The translations under genes and the position numbers were made by a program. From a virus (Duplodnaviria; Caudoviricetes), in the IMG/VR virus record IMGVR_UViG_3300030397_000207, positions 1 to 40,974 of that record: DNA of 40,974 nucleotides, one strand, 5' to 3'. A model generated the notes under the pieces. The model saw nothing but the letters and a program-made list of their open reading frames with translations. It was not told the origin of the DNA and did not search any database. Of the stretch, positions 1-8,053 are shown piece by piece (position 1 is the stretch's first letter; each line of letters begins with the position of its first letter).

Positions 1-483
1 AAGTTGAAATGCAGCATCACGGGCGAATCCATATACATTTAGGAGGCGATTAAAATCCGCAACTTGCTTCGTCGTAAATGGAGAGAAGATAGCAATTTCT
101 TGAAGAGCAAGAATGTACCCTTGTGCCTCAGTTTGAGCAGTACCTAGTGCGTCTGCAACGTTGTCAAATGCACCCTCCTGAACAAGCGCAATAGCGGTAA
201 ATGTTTCAACTGAAAATTGCAAACGCTCAAAAAACTGAATGGCGTCAAATGCTTCTGCCGCAACATTCCGAATAGCTCTACCCACCGCATTCAGTGAGTT
301 TATTAGCGCAGTACCAACAGCCGCACCGAATCCAGCAGTCAATGCGCTTCCCACCCCTGTTAGCGTTCGTGCTGTACTCTGTGTTTGGCTATTTATTCTG
401 TTAAGCTGCTGTATATAAATATTGACTCCCTGGTTAAAGGAGCCAATATCGAAAACCGCCTCTAGCCCGATCTTTTCGGCCAT
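1..483 (-). CDS. Tape measure protein, N-terminal part (runs off window)
   Basis: Manual translation from ATG at 483: MAEKIGLEAVFDIGSFNQGVNIYIQQL...ALQEIAIFSPFTTKQVADF. Ala/Gly-rich helical sequence, open to the window edge, directly after the tail chaperones. Confidence 0.85.
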   Translation of the reverse strand, partial: MAEKIGLEAVFDIGSFNQGVNIYIQQLNRINSQTQSTARTLTGVGSALTAGFGAAVGTALINSLNAVGRAIRNVAAEAFDAIQFFERLQFSVETFTAIALVQEGAFDNVADALGTAQTEAQGYILALQEIAIFSPFTTKQVADFNRLLNVYGFARDAAFQL

Positions 484-744
484 CTATTTAACTTTCCTTT
501 GTCGCCTTGCTCGTTCCTTCTCTTTTTCAGCCTTATAGGATTCAATTGTTGATATTGTTCTAAAATAAGCGATCATATAGGCTTGATCGGTATGATCTAG
601 AGACCAGAATTCAGTAGGTGTACGATTCGATTGTATTGCTACGCCCACATCCTCAAATACTCTATTGTGCCTCCACGGGGTGGATGGTATTTGTTTGCGC
701 ATCTGGTCCAGGCTCAATGACTGATTCCCCTGGTAATATTGCAC
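484..744 (-). CDS. Tail assembly chaperone, frameshifted C-terminal (T) segment
   Basis: Overlaps the 3' end of 662..1243 in the +1 frame and precedes the tape measure; PTEFWSL...YMIAY resembles gpT-type segments. Confidence 0.65.
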   Translation of the reverse strand: MQYYQGNQSLSLDQMRKQIPSTPWRHNRVFEDVGVAIQSNRTPTEFWSLDHTDQAYMIAYFRTISTIESYKAEKEKERARRQRKVK

Positions 745-1243
745 TGCGAAACGTCTGCTCTGCCTTCTTTATGGCATCCTCCCCGACTCCAGTTTCTTCC
801 ATGATGGCAGTAACGAGATCGACTGTATCTTCAGCGGCAAGATGGTGTTCAAGGTAGAATACTTTCTTCAAAAGCGGATGCTTTGGTACATCAATACCCT
901 TGAACTCATCTATAACTTGCCAGTCCCATTGTGGTATTTCAAAATCACAACCATTCAAATACATGGTTCTAAGTGTTGCGGAAGATTGCTTCAACTGCGC
1001 AGACTGCATTTTTTGAAGGTAGAAATTATACCTTTCTACCCCGCCTTCAACAGCCTCAGCCGTCTCCATATCTTGTATGGGAAGTTCTTCGTATGATCCC
1101 GTTACAGTTTTTGCAAAATAAGTTGGTGGATCAGGAAGTGGAAAATCAGTTGATGGCTTTTGAATATCCATCAGATTTATACGTTTAATTTTGATTTCTA
1201 ATCCGACATTTGGATCGTGTTTACATGTATAAGTTTTAGCCAT
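662..1243 (-). CDS. Tail assembly chaperone (G)
   Basis: 193 aa between tail tube and tape measure; has an overlapping downstream ORF. Confidence 0.7.
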   Translation of the reverse strand: MAKTYTCKHDPNVGLEIKIKRINLMDIQKPSTDFPLPDPPTYFAKTVTGSYEELPIQDMETAEAVEGGVERYNFYLQKMQSAQLKQSSATLRTMYLNGCDFEIPQWDWQVIDEFKGIDVPKHPLLKKVFYLEHHLAAEDTVDLVTAIMEETGVGEDAIKKAEQTFRSAILPGESVIEPGPDAQTNTIHPVEAQ

Positions 1244-1341
1244 TTTTCATATCTCCATTTTTTGGTAAGAGGTAGGGATGGAGATACAAAAAACCCCACC
1301 CCTTACCATTGTTAAAAGCCTTGGGAGGAACTTGTTCCTTA

Positions 1342-2817
1342 TTACACTGTACCCTTGGCAATATAACCGGTTGATGCGTTTGCAAGACCAGAAATATAGA
1401 AGTTCCAGTCATCACATACCCACAGTTGAGTACCACCGCTATTCGTTGGCGTTGTTAACCCTGACCATGAATAACCGCCGTCTACGGTTTCAAGGACGTT
1501 AGCAACTGGCGATGCATTGTCTCGCAGTAGATAACCATGCTGTTCGTTGTGGAATCGAATATCTTGAACTACTCCAACACCTGATCCTGTGAATGAACGG
1601 GCATTCCACCCATCTACACCGGCATCAACAGTATAGTAGAGATCGCCATCTTCATATCCAATCCATGCACGATTGCGATCTAGGGGCTCTACAACATGAG
1701 CATCAACACCAGCTTGTGCAGTTGGACCTGTAACAGCAGACCATGATGTACCGCCATCAACGGTACGCATGACAATATTACCTTCACCGCAAGCCCATCC
1801 AACGTCTTCATCAACAAAGCGAATACAGGTAATGCCCGCTGTCGTAATTGATCCAGATTCTTGAGCAGTCCAAGTCAACCCCGCATCTTCGCTTTTGTAA
1901 ATGTATCCATCGTCAGTACCGCACCAAACATTGTTTCTATCAAGAGCAAACATTGCCAGATTGAACTCATTAAACTGGCCGTTTGTTGACCCAACATTGA
2001 CGTTTGTCCAAGTTGCGCCTGAGTCATCGCTATAGGCAATTTCGGCAGGGTTGCTGCCATCAGTTTCACCACGAGCGACAATTACACGGGTTTCGTCACG
2101 GCCAAGCTCAAAACAAACAATGCCACCACAATCCTCATCTGCCGCAAACGGGTCTGCTGATGTAGCTGTCCAAGTTGCGCCATTCGTGGTTGATAGAACA
2201 TTAGCAGCAACGCCCGTGTCTGCAACGGTCGAAGCAAATCCAACCTCGCAAATATCCCGTGCAATATTTTCATCTGTGCGACATTGGGCTTCGTTACAAA
2301 ATGTTATACCGACAATGCTCTGAGTCTCACTGATTGATTGACGAGTAACAGTCTGCTCAATTGTTCTCAGTAATTCTTCTGCGCTAATATCCGCTGTACC
2401 GTCTGAACGAGTATTGTCATCCGGTGAGCGTGCCGTAAGACCAGTTAACCCCTCTGATGTGTTTTGCGCATTTACAAAAATGAATCTGCGATCTGCGTTA
2501 CTGAACAGATTCATTGGTCCACTTTTGACCATATTTACAAACAGTGTATATGGGCAATCGAGGCGCTCCATAAAATCAAACACATCTTGAAGCTGGTAGG
2601 TTATGCTAGTCGTAATAGCACCCGCCGCCCCTTTGATACTTCCGACGACTTTATGACGATTGGGACCGCTCGGATCAACACAATAGATTAGCTCAATGTC
2701 ACCCTTGGGAATATCAGTATCCCCTAGAAGATGACAACCCAACCATTGCGGTTGAGTATTTGGTCCATCGCGCTGAATCCAGAGAGATCCCATGCCAGCC
2801 GTAAAAGCTGTAGCCAT
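1342..2817 (-). CDS. Major tail tube protein fused to a BNR/Asp-box beta-propeller
   Basis: Position before chaperones and tape measure. The C-terminal ~300 aa carries Asp-box repeats (SDDSGATW, SEDAGLTW, TVDGGTSW, TVDGGYSW). Confidence 0.7.
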   Translation of the reverse strand: MATAFTAGMGSLWIQRDGPNTQPQWLGCHLLGDTDIPKGDIELIYCVDPSGPNRHKVVGSIKGAAGAITTSITYQLQDVFDFMERLDCPYTLFVNMVKSGPMNLFSNADRRFIFVNAQNTSEGLTGLTARSPDDNTRSDGTADISAEELLRTIEQTVTRQSISETQSIVGITFCNEAQCRTDENIARDICEVGFASTVADTGVAANVLSTTNGATWTATSADPFAADEDCGGIVCFELGRDETRVIVARGETDGSNPAEIAYSDDSGATWTNVNVGSTNGQFNEFNLAMFALDRNNVWCGTDDGYIYKSEDAGLTWTAQESGSITTAGITCIRFVDEDVGWACGEGNIVMRTVDGGTSWSAVTGPTAQAGVDAHVVEPLDRNRAWIGYEDGDLYYTVDAGVDGWNARSFTGSGVGVVQDIRFHNEQHGYLLRDNASPVANVLETVDGGYSWSGLTTPTNSGGTQLWVCDDWNFYISGLANASTGYIAKGTV

Positions 2818-2820
2818 AAG

Positions 2821-3168
2821 CTATTTACTCTCCTTTTCAAACTGTTGCGCCTTTTGCAAGACGCTAGCCATAGTTGGACCATACAAATGCTGCAAAACAT
2901 TCATCACCGTATTTGAATCTGCAAGCAATTCGCTTGTGGTCCATATTCCGCGTCGTTTTAACTCAGCATCAAAGTCGGTGGGCGACGGATGCTGAAAGCT
3001 AACAAATTGAGAAAAATCTATAGAAGCAGGTATTCCCTCAGATGGATCAGACTGATTGTTGATTGAATCAACCGTCATCCATGATCTGCAAGGCACACCA
3101 TCATCATTTTCATATTGCACTAACCGGAGATTATTTTTCCCCTTGATAATATCATATTGCATGCCCAC
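2821..3168 (-). CDS. Hypothetical protein (neck/tail region)
   Basis: 115 aa ORF tightly packed in the late operon. Confidence 0.6.
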   Translation of the reverse strand: MGMQYDIIKGKNNLRLVQYENDDGVPCRSWMTVDSINNQSDPSEGIPASIDFSQFVSFQHPSPTDFDAELKRRGIWTTSELLADSNTVMNVLQHLYGPTMASVLQKAQQFEKESK

Positions 3169-3622
3169 TCTTAATTACTCCTATTTTTAGAGCATTGCCA
3201 AATAATGGTACTAATTTACGCTCCTGATTTTCTTTGACCACTGAAGTAAATTCTCTTGCCTCAATCCCTCTACGAGGTTTAAGGAGAGACACATAAGATA
3301 GGCCGCCTATGCCAGAAGACGCTGACAGGGTGCGAACTCTAGTCTTTGGCGAAAAATCTGGTGTCATCGTTGCGTATCTGACCTTGGTCCCCTGATCAAG
3401 AAATCTATATATATCGTCTTTTGTGAAAATTGTTACTGTGACTTTGCCACGTGTAGTAATTATTTTTTGCTCAAAACAAACTGAGTGATTCCATGTTGAG
3501 GTAGGTTGTAACAATTCTTTTTTCGCATCAACGGAAAATTGTTTAGCTACAACATCTACTACATCTGTTAAAGATTTCACATCGAATTTCTTTGGCAATA
3601 CCGCCTTGGACTTAAATGCCAT
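3152..3622 (-). CDS. Putative tail completion/neck protein (HK97 gp10-like)
   Basis: Basic protein with YRFLDQGT and RGIEAREF, typical of this family. Start taken at ATG 3622, abutting the upstream stop. Confidence 0.6.
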   Translation of the reverse strand: MAFKSKAVLPKKFDVKSLTDVVDVVAKQFSVDAKKELLQPTSTWNHSVCFEQKIITTRGKVTVTIFTKDDIYRFLDQGTKVRYATMTPDFSPKTRVRTLSASSGIGGLSYVSLLKPRRGIEAREFTSVVKENQERKLVPLFGNALKIGVIKSGHAI

Positions 3623-4623
3623 TATATTCCCCACTGAGTCATCAAATAGTCTATTAAATCATTCCTATCACTCTCGGATAGAACATGATCATATATCAAT
3701 ATCGAACCAATATTAGAGGACCATATTTGGGACGATGTAAAGTCAAGACCAATATATGAATTAGTATGTGAACCAGTTGATGAAAAATTAGTAGAAACAT
3801 TAAAATGCTCTGTGGAATCAACGTAAAATGTTGCATCTGTTGTGCCTCCCGTAAATGTCACAACAAGATTTGTCCCACTTCCAATTGTAGAGCCTCCGTT
3901 AACTGATTGCGTAGGAACTGCACTAATCAAGAATGCAAGAGGTTTTGACGCCGCCCATCCATAATAAAGATGGTTGCTTATTCCATCCCTATTTGACCAT
4001 ATCGGTTGTTGTCCTCCGCTAGGTGTTGTTATTACTGTTACTATAGTATATTCATTCAAATCAATACTAGGACCAATTAATTTATCATCTAAACCGTCAA
4101 ATGATAATCCAGGATTTCCATTGATGAGGGAGGTGTCTAGCGTTGGCCTATCGGATGATGTTGATTGTGTATAATTATTGCCATTTACGCTTTTATCATC
4201 CCATCTGCCAACAGGATCGCCATTTGCTGTCGGTATTGTCGCCCCAGTATCTTGCCATAGTGTTGATGAATCACTACTGTCTAGCCATAAAATCAAACCA
4301 CTAATATCTGATGGCAAAAAAGAAACAACAGGCCATTCTGTGCTGTTTGCAGCCCAAACAGGGATAGCAACATGTCCACTAACAGGGCGATTAACTATTT
4401 CACTACTAACCAACTCTTCAAACCCGCCTTGCAACTTGAATCGACCAGAGTTAATATCATCTGAACTGACCACATAAACTGGGGTTAATGATCCCCCCTG
4501 AATATCACCTCCGGATGATGATCCTCTAACCCGAATGGCGGAACCACCTTGCAACTTATACACTCCACCATTCTCTTCCAAATCGGAATCAGTAATAACT
4601 TTAACTGGTTTCTGTGACGGCAC
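3622..4623 (-). CDS. Virion protein with LamG/concanavalin-A-like lectin domain
   Basis: LILWLDSSD, VGRWDDKS, FDGLDD and IYDHVLSESDR...YLMTQWGI signatures. Confidence 0.75.
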   Translation of the reverse strand: MPSQKPVKVITDSDLEENGGVYKLQGGSAIRVRGSSSGGDIQGGSLTPVYVVSSDDINSGRFKLQGGFEELVSSEIVNRPVSGHVAIPVWAANSTEWPVVSFLPSDISGLILWLDSSDSSTLWQDTGATIPTANGDPVGRWDDKSVNGNNYTQSTSSDRPTLDTSLINGNPGLSFDGLDDKLIGPSIDLNEYTIVTVITTPSGGQQPIWSNRDGISNHLYYGWAASKPLAFLISAVPTQSVNGGSTIGSGTNLVVTFTGGTTDATFYVDSTEHFNVSTNFSSTGSHTNSYIGLDFTSSQIWSSNIGSILIYDHVLSESDRNDLIDYLMTQWGI

Positions 4624-5879
4624 TATATTACTCCCGCATCCATTTGAATATCACGTGTCAACTGTGCAACTTTCTGCCAAGCACGATACTCGCCAACCCT
4701 AGTTCCAAATGGATTTGTGAAAATATCAGTTTCAAGGTTGAGAACGAAAAATCTTTCTCCACCAGTTTGACGTACCATATCACGTTGATATTCCTTGAAA
4801 ATATTCTGAACATTTGTACAGGAGCAAACCGGCGTTTCAATTCTGGCAGCAGCTAACCACGAAATTGCTTGCGCCAAATCATTCGGCAGCGGATCATAGA
4901 CTAATGAATTTTCATAATCTTGACTAACCCGACCCGCATAATACCAAAGGTCTACCACGTCAGGATCACGGCATACTGTTGGTGCAACCACTGACCATGA
5001 TGGGGAAGTGTATGATGAAACGGTTGGCACAACTTCACCTGATTTTTCATCACGTATATAAAATGTCCCGTTTTGAGTCGTTAGGGAATCCATCGAAGTA
5101 GTTCCGCTATCAGGCTCCCATTTGAATTGCGAAGCACGCTGTGTTGTGTCGTTATACACTCGATAGACATCACAAGTGGTCACAAAGTTAGTTGATCCTG
5201 AAATGTCAATGGGTGCAAAATCAGCACTAGATGTTGGAATTGCTTCCCATAAGTTAGGATTGATGAATAGCCAAGAATCAGCAGTAATCGTTATGGTTGC
5301 GCCATCTGTTGATACACTTCTAAGTGGTCTTATCTCCCACTCTTTTAATCCTGATTTGGAGGGGAAGAATAGTTTAATTTCCCGCATATCAGAAAGGGAA
5401 GATGAAACGCTAACAGTGGCAGTATCGAACCATCCATCACCCGTACTATCAGAGTAGTTCACCGATGCACCGGCCTCTATCAATGTGGACGCTCTAACGC
5501 CAGGAGAATTAACATGACCAAAACGAGTATGAACACTAACCCTATAACCACGCTGATCACGTCCATTTGTTCGTATAGCGGTTTTGAGCCAAGGCTTAGG
5601 GTATGCATGGGATTCTCCTTCCTCCCATGTTAGTGCTGGTGAATAGCCAAGTGCTTGCTTTATGTCCCATTCGGCTTGCCATATCATTTCTGCGAGGTAT
5701 TCACGGCTCGCAGCCTCGTTAGTCGTTTGCCAAGTGTGTTGCGGCCATATACCTTCACATGCTCCGTTATCAGGCCAGTATGTACCGCCCACTGCACCAT
5801 TAAAATGCACGGGGTTAATTTGCATTATACGAGCAAATCGGTCTAGGCTTAAGAGGGTGTATTTTGATGCGCGAGCCAT
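4623..5879 (-). CDS. Putative head-tail adaptor/connector
   Basis: 418 aa; AEWDIKQALGY and YYAG...PNDLAQAISWLAA resemble gp6/gp15-type adaptors; fits synteny. Confidence 0.55.
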   Translation of the reverse strand: MARASKYTLLSLDRFARIMQINPVHFNGAVGGTYWPDNGACEGIWPQHTWQTTNEAASREYLAEMIWQAEWDIKQALGYSPALTWEEGESHAYPKPWLKTAIRTNGRDQRGYRVSVHTRFGHVNSPGVRASTLIEAGASVNYSDSTGDGWFDTATVSVSSSLSDMREIKLFFPSKSGLKEWEIRPLRSVSTDGATITITADSWLFINPNLWEAIPTSSADFAPIDISGSTNFVTTCDVYRVYNDTTQRASQFKWEPDSGTTSMDSLTTQNGTFYIRDEKSGEVVPTVSSYTSPSWSVVAPTVCRDPDVVDLWYYAGRVSQDYENSLVYDPLPNDLAQAISWLAAARIETPVCSCTNVQNIFKEYQRDMVRQTGGERFFVLNLETDIFTNPFGTRVGEYRAWQKVAQLTRDIQMDAGVI

Positions 5880-6175
5880 GAAACCGCCTCATTGATGATA
5901 ATTGCCAACGCTGACAGGGCGAAGGGGATTCCGAACCATGCCACCCCTGTTAGCGTTGACACTATAAAAACTATAGCGCCAACCCATACGGACATGCACC
6001 ATACGCAAGTAAATAATTTACCCCATTCGTTATGTGAATAGGCTGCACCGTCTTCAAGATACTGAACACCTAATCTGTGACGCAATCTTTCAAATATATC
6101 ATATGGACCTTCTTCTTCAACCAACATGTTTGAAATACGCCATGTGGCTAATCCATTTACAATCAATTCGATCAT
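5849..6175 (-). CDS. DUF1360-like membrane protein (possible holin)
   Basis: LATWRISNML..EEGP..IFERLR...TCVWCMSVW followed by TM segments; adjacent to the endolysin-like gene. Confidence 0.7.
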   Translation of the reverse strand: MIELIVNGLATWRISNMLVEEEGPYDIFERLRHRLGVQYLEDGAAYSHNEWGKLFTCVWCMSVWVGAIVFIVSTLTGVAWFGIPFALSALAIIINEAVSWLAHQNTPS

Positions 6176-7912
6176 CTAAACCTCAAACACCACATATAGA
6201 CTTACATGCTGATTACTCGGCAATGAAAAACGACCAAATACTTCTGAATCACTCTGAAGAGATACAGTCCATACGCCTTCTTCGCCACGTTCGGGAACGA
6301 AAGAACCGGTAATGGGGACATTTGTCCATCCATTCGGGCTATTTGTTACGCGAGTTGCCACGCCATCAGGCCATCTAAAATCAATCGTTGATGGAATCTG
6401 ATTTCCACTCCCGTCTTGAACACGGGCAAACATATGAGTTTCACCGCCGAAACCATCATCTCCGCTATTTGATTTAAGATATAGGTCTATTGCCCATTGT
6501 TCAACAGCGTAAATGTCTGATGGATCAGTTTCCCATTGCCCATTATGCGTTGTCCAAGCATGTAAAACTCTTGCCTTTGGTTCACCCACAATTGAGACCA
6601 CTCGCTGATTGAGATAGCCTATTGACTCTGAAAACCTTCTGTCCGGCGCAGGATTCCCGTTGTTGTCTTCAAGTTCCGTTACACGTTTGTCAAGCCCTGT
6701 GACATCTAAGGCCAACTTACCAACCATGCCATTTAACTTTTGAACCTGAGACTCAAGTTCGGAAACCCTGGATTCTAAATCGCTAGGCGGTGGTTCACCA
6801 ACCTTTTGGAGATATGACCAATTTGGCCCCCTATGAGCATATCCTAGAGTTCCATTTGCATCTCTAAGATACAGCCAAGGATCGCCAACATCATCAATGG
6901 CATCAAGGGTTTCACCATTCGGCAATACTCGAATTATATTACCCTCAGTGCTAGGCGCATCTCTGAAATTCAGACCATTAATAATCACTCTGACCTGATA
7001 TAGTGGTTCCACAATTGAGCCGCCGTCCATCTCGATCTGATGTTGAGAACCATAATTTGCTTGCATTCCCGCCACTTCTGGATGAATATCTTTTGACGCC
7101 CAATCAGCGGTTGAACCATGTGTAAATATAGAGTAACCTATGCAATGATTTCTGGAATACTTCTGTATTTGTGGATGCTGTGCATAATCAATAAGTTCAC
7201 GATTGTACTGATTCGGCGACATAAAGTCACGCCATCCGCTATGTGAAGTTCCTGGAGGCGCACCAACCGCCTGATTCAGCCCTAGCTCAGTAACTACATA
7301 TTGTAGATTTGGAATTTGTGCGAAAAGCCAGTCAGCAACTTGGTACTCAAAACGCATGGAGTACCAGTGCTTATCTGGCAATAGAAATGAAGTGCTACCG
7401 TATTGATGAATGCAAAGCACATGCCCCCTGTTAGCGGCCTCCCTGAGAACCGGAACAAATTTCCGCCAGTAAAAAAATATGTCATTTTCTGGCATGTGCA
7501 AGTGACCTACACCAAAACCAAATAGAGCGCATTTATAACCATGCTGGTCTGCTAAATTCATCCGATGATAGGCGTAGTCAATTATTTTTTCGTGAGGCGC
7601 ATCCGGTGTTTGAACTACTTCGTTTTCGATGATGTGGAAATTAGATGCCCATCCGTTAGATTCGACTATTTTATTGTGAACAAAAATGGCCGCTTGCTCT
7701 GGATCATTTCTGATTCTCTGTTCCATTTCGGCATCAGGAACGTATCGACGATTAACCAAACAATTCTCAGGATTGGAATCCTTAAGTCGTTGAAGCTCAT
7801 CAGGCGATCTATCTAACGCCAGAATCAATCGAGGTTTCCATTTCTGTATATCATTCATTAGCGGATTAATACCGCCGATGATGTGACTACCTATCAATGC
7901 GCCTGTGTACAT
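6176..7912 (-). CDS. Endolysin-like modular protein (glycoside hydrolase-like N-terminus, SH3 domain, coiled coil, C-terminal domain)
   Basis: Bacterial SH3 motif LNFRDAPSTEGNIIRVLPNGE...W...GYA; HQYG and VVTELG are GH-like; GAGG RBS before ATG 7912. Confidence 0.55.
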   Translation of the reverse strand: MYTGALIGSHIIGGINPLMNDIQKWKPRLILALDRSPDELQRLKDSNPENCLVNRRYVPDAEMEQRIRNDPEQAAIFVHNKIVESNGWASNFHIIENEVVQTPDAPHEKIIDYAYHRMNLADQHGYKCALFGFGVGHLHMPENDIFFYWRKFVPVLREAANRGHVLCIHQYGSTSFLLPDKHWYSMRFEYQVADWLFAQIPNLQYVVTELGLNQAVGAPPGTSHSGWRDFMSPNQYNRELIDYAQHPQIQKYSRNHCIGYSIFTHGSTADWASKDIHPEVAGMQANYGSQHQIEMDGGSIVEPLYQVRVIINGLNFRDAPSTEGNIIRVLPNGETLDAIDDVGDPWLYLRDANGTLGYAHRGPNWSYLQKVGEPPPSDLESRVSELESQVQKLNGMVGKLALDVTGLDKRVTELEDNNGNPAPDRRFSESIGYLNQRVVSIVGEPKARVLHAWTTHNGQWETDPSDIYAVEQWAIDLYLKSNSGDDGFGGETHMFARVQDGSGNQIPSTIDFRWPDGVATRVTNSPNGWTNVPITGSFVPERGEEGVWTVSLQSDSEVFGRFSLPSNQHVSLYVVFEV

Positions 7913-7921
7913 ATATTTCCT

Positions 7922-7963
7922 CAAAAAAATGGGCGTAATCCCATTCAAGAGATTACGCCCATT
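7922..7963 (-). terminator. Intrinsic terminator
   Basis: 13-bp perfect stem (7928-7940/7951-7963) followed by a U-run on the minus strand. Confidence 0.75.
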
Positions 7964-7964
7964 C

Positions 7965-8053
7965 GGAGCCGTCCCCACGTATGTGAAGAATTTTATTCAT
8001 TGTTGCTTGGCTTGCAACAAGCGATGGTACACCCTCACGTATGTGAGGAAATT
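7965..8053 (-). CRISPR. Degenerate type I-E-like mini-array (2 repeats, one ~31-nt spacer), no cas genes in window
   Basis: Minus-strand repeats AATTTCCTCACATACGTGAGGGTGTACCA (8053-8025) and AAATTCTTCACATACGTGGGGACGGCTCC (7993-7965); period 60 nt; hairpins retained. Confidence 0.55.

Noticed and set aside
1281-1341. Terminator after the tail tube gene
   Set aside because: A U-run is present but the stem is poor; not called.
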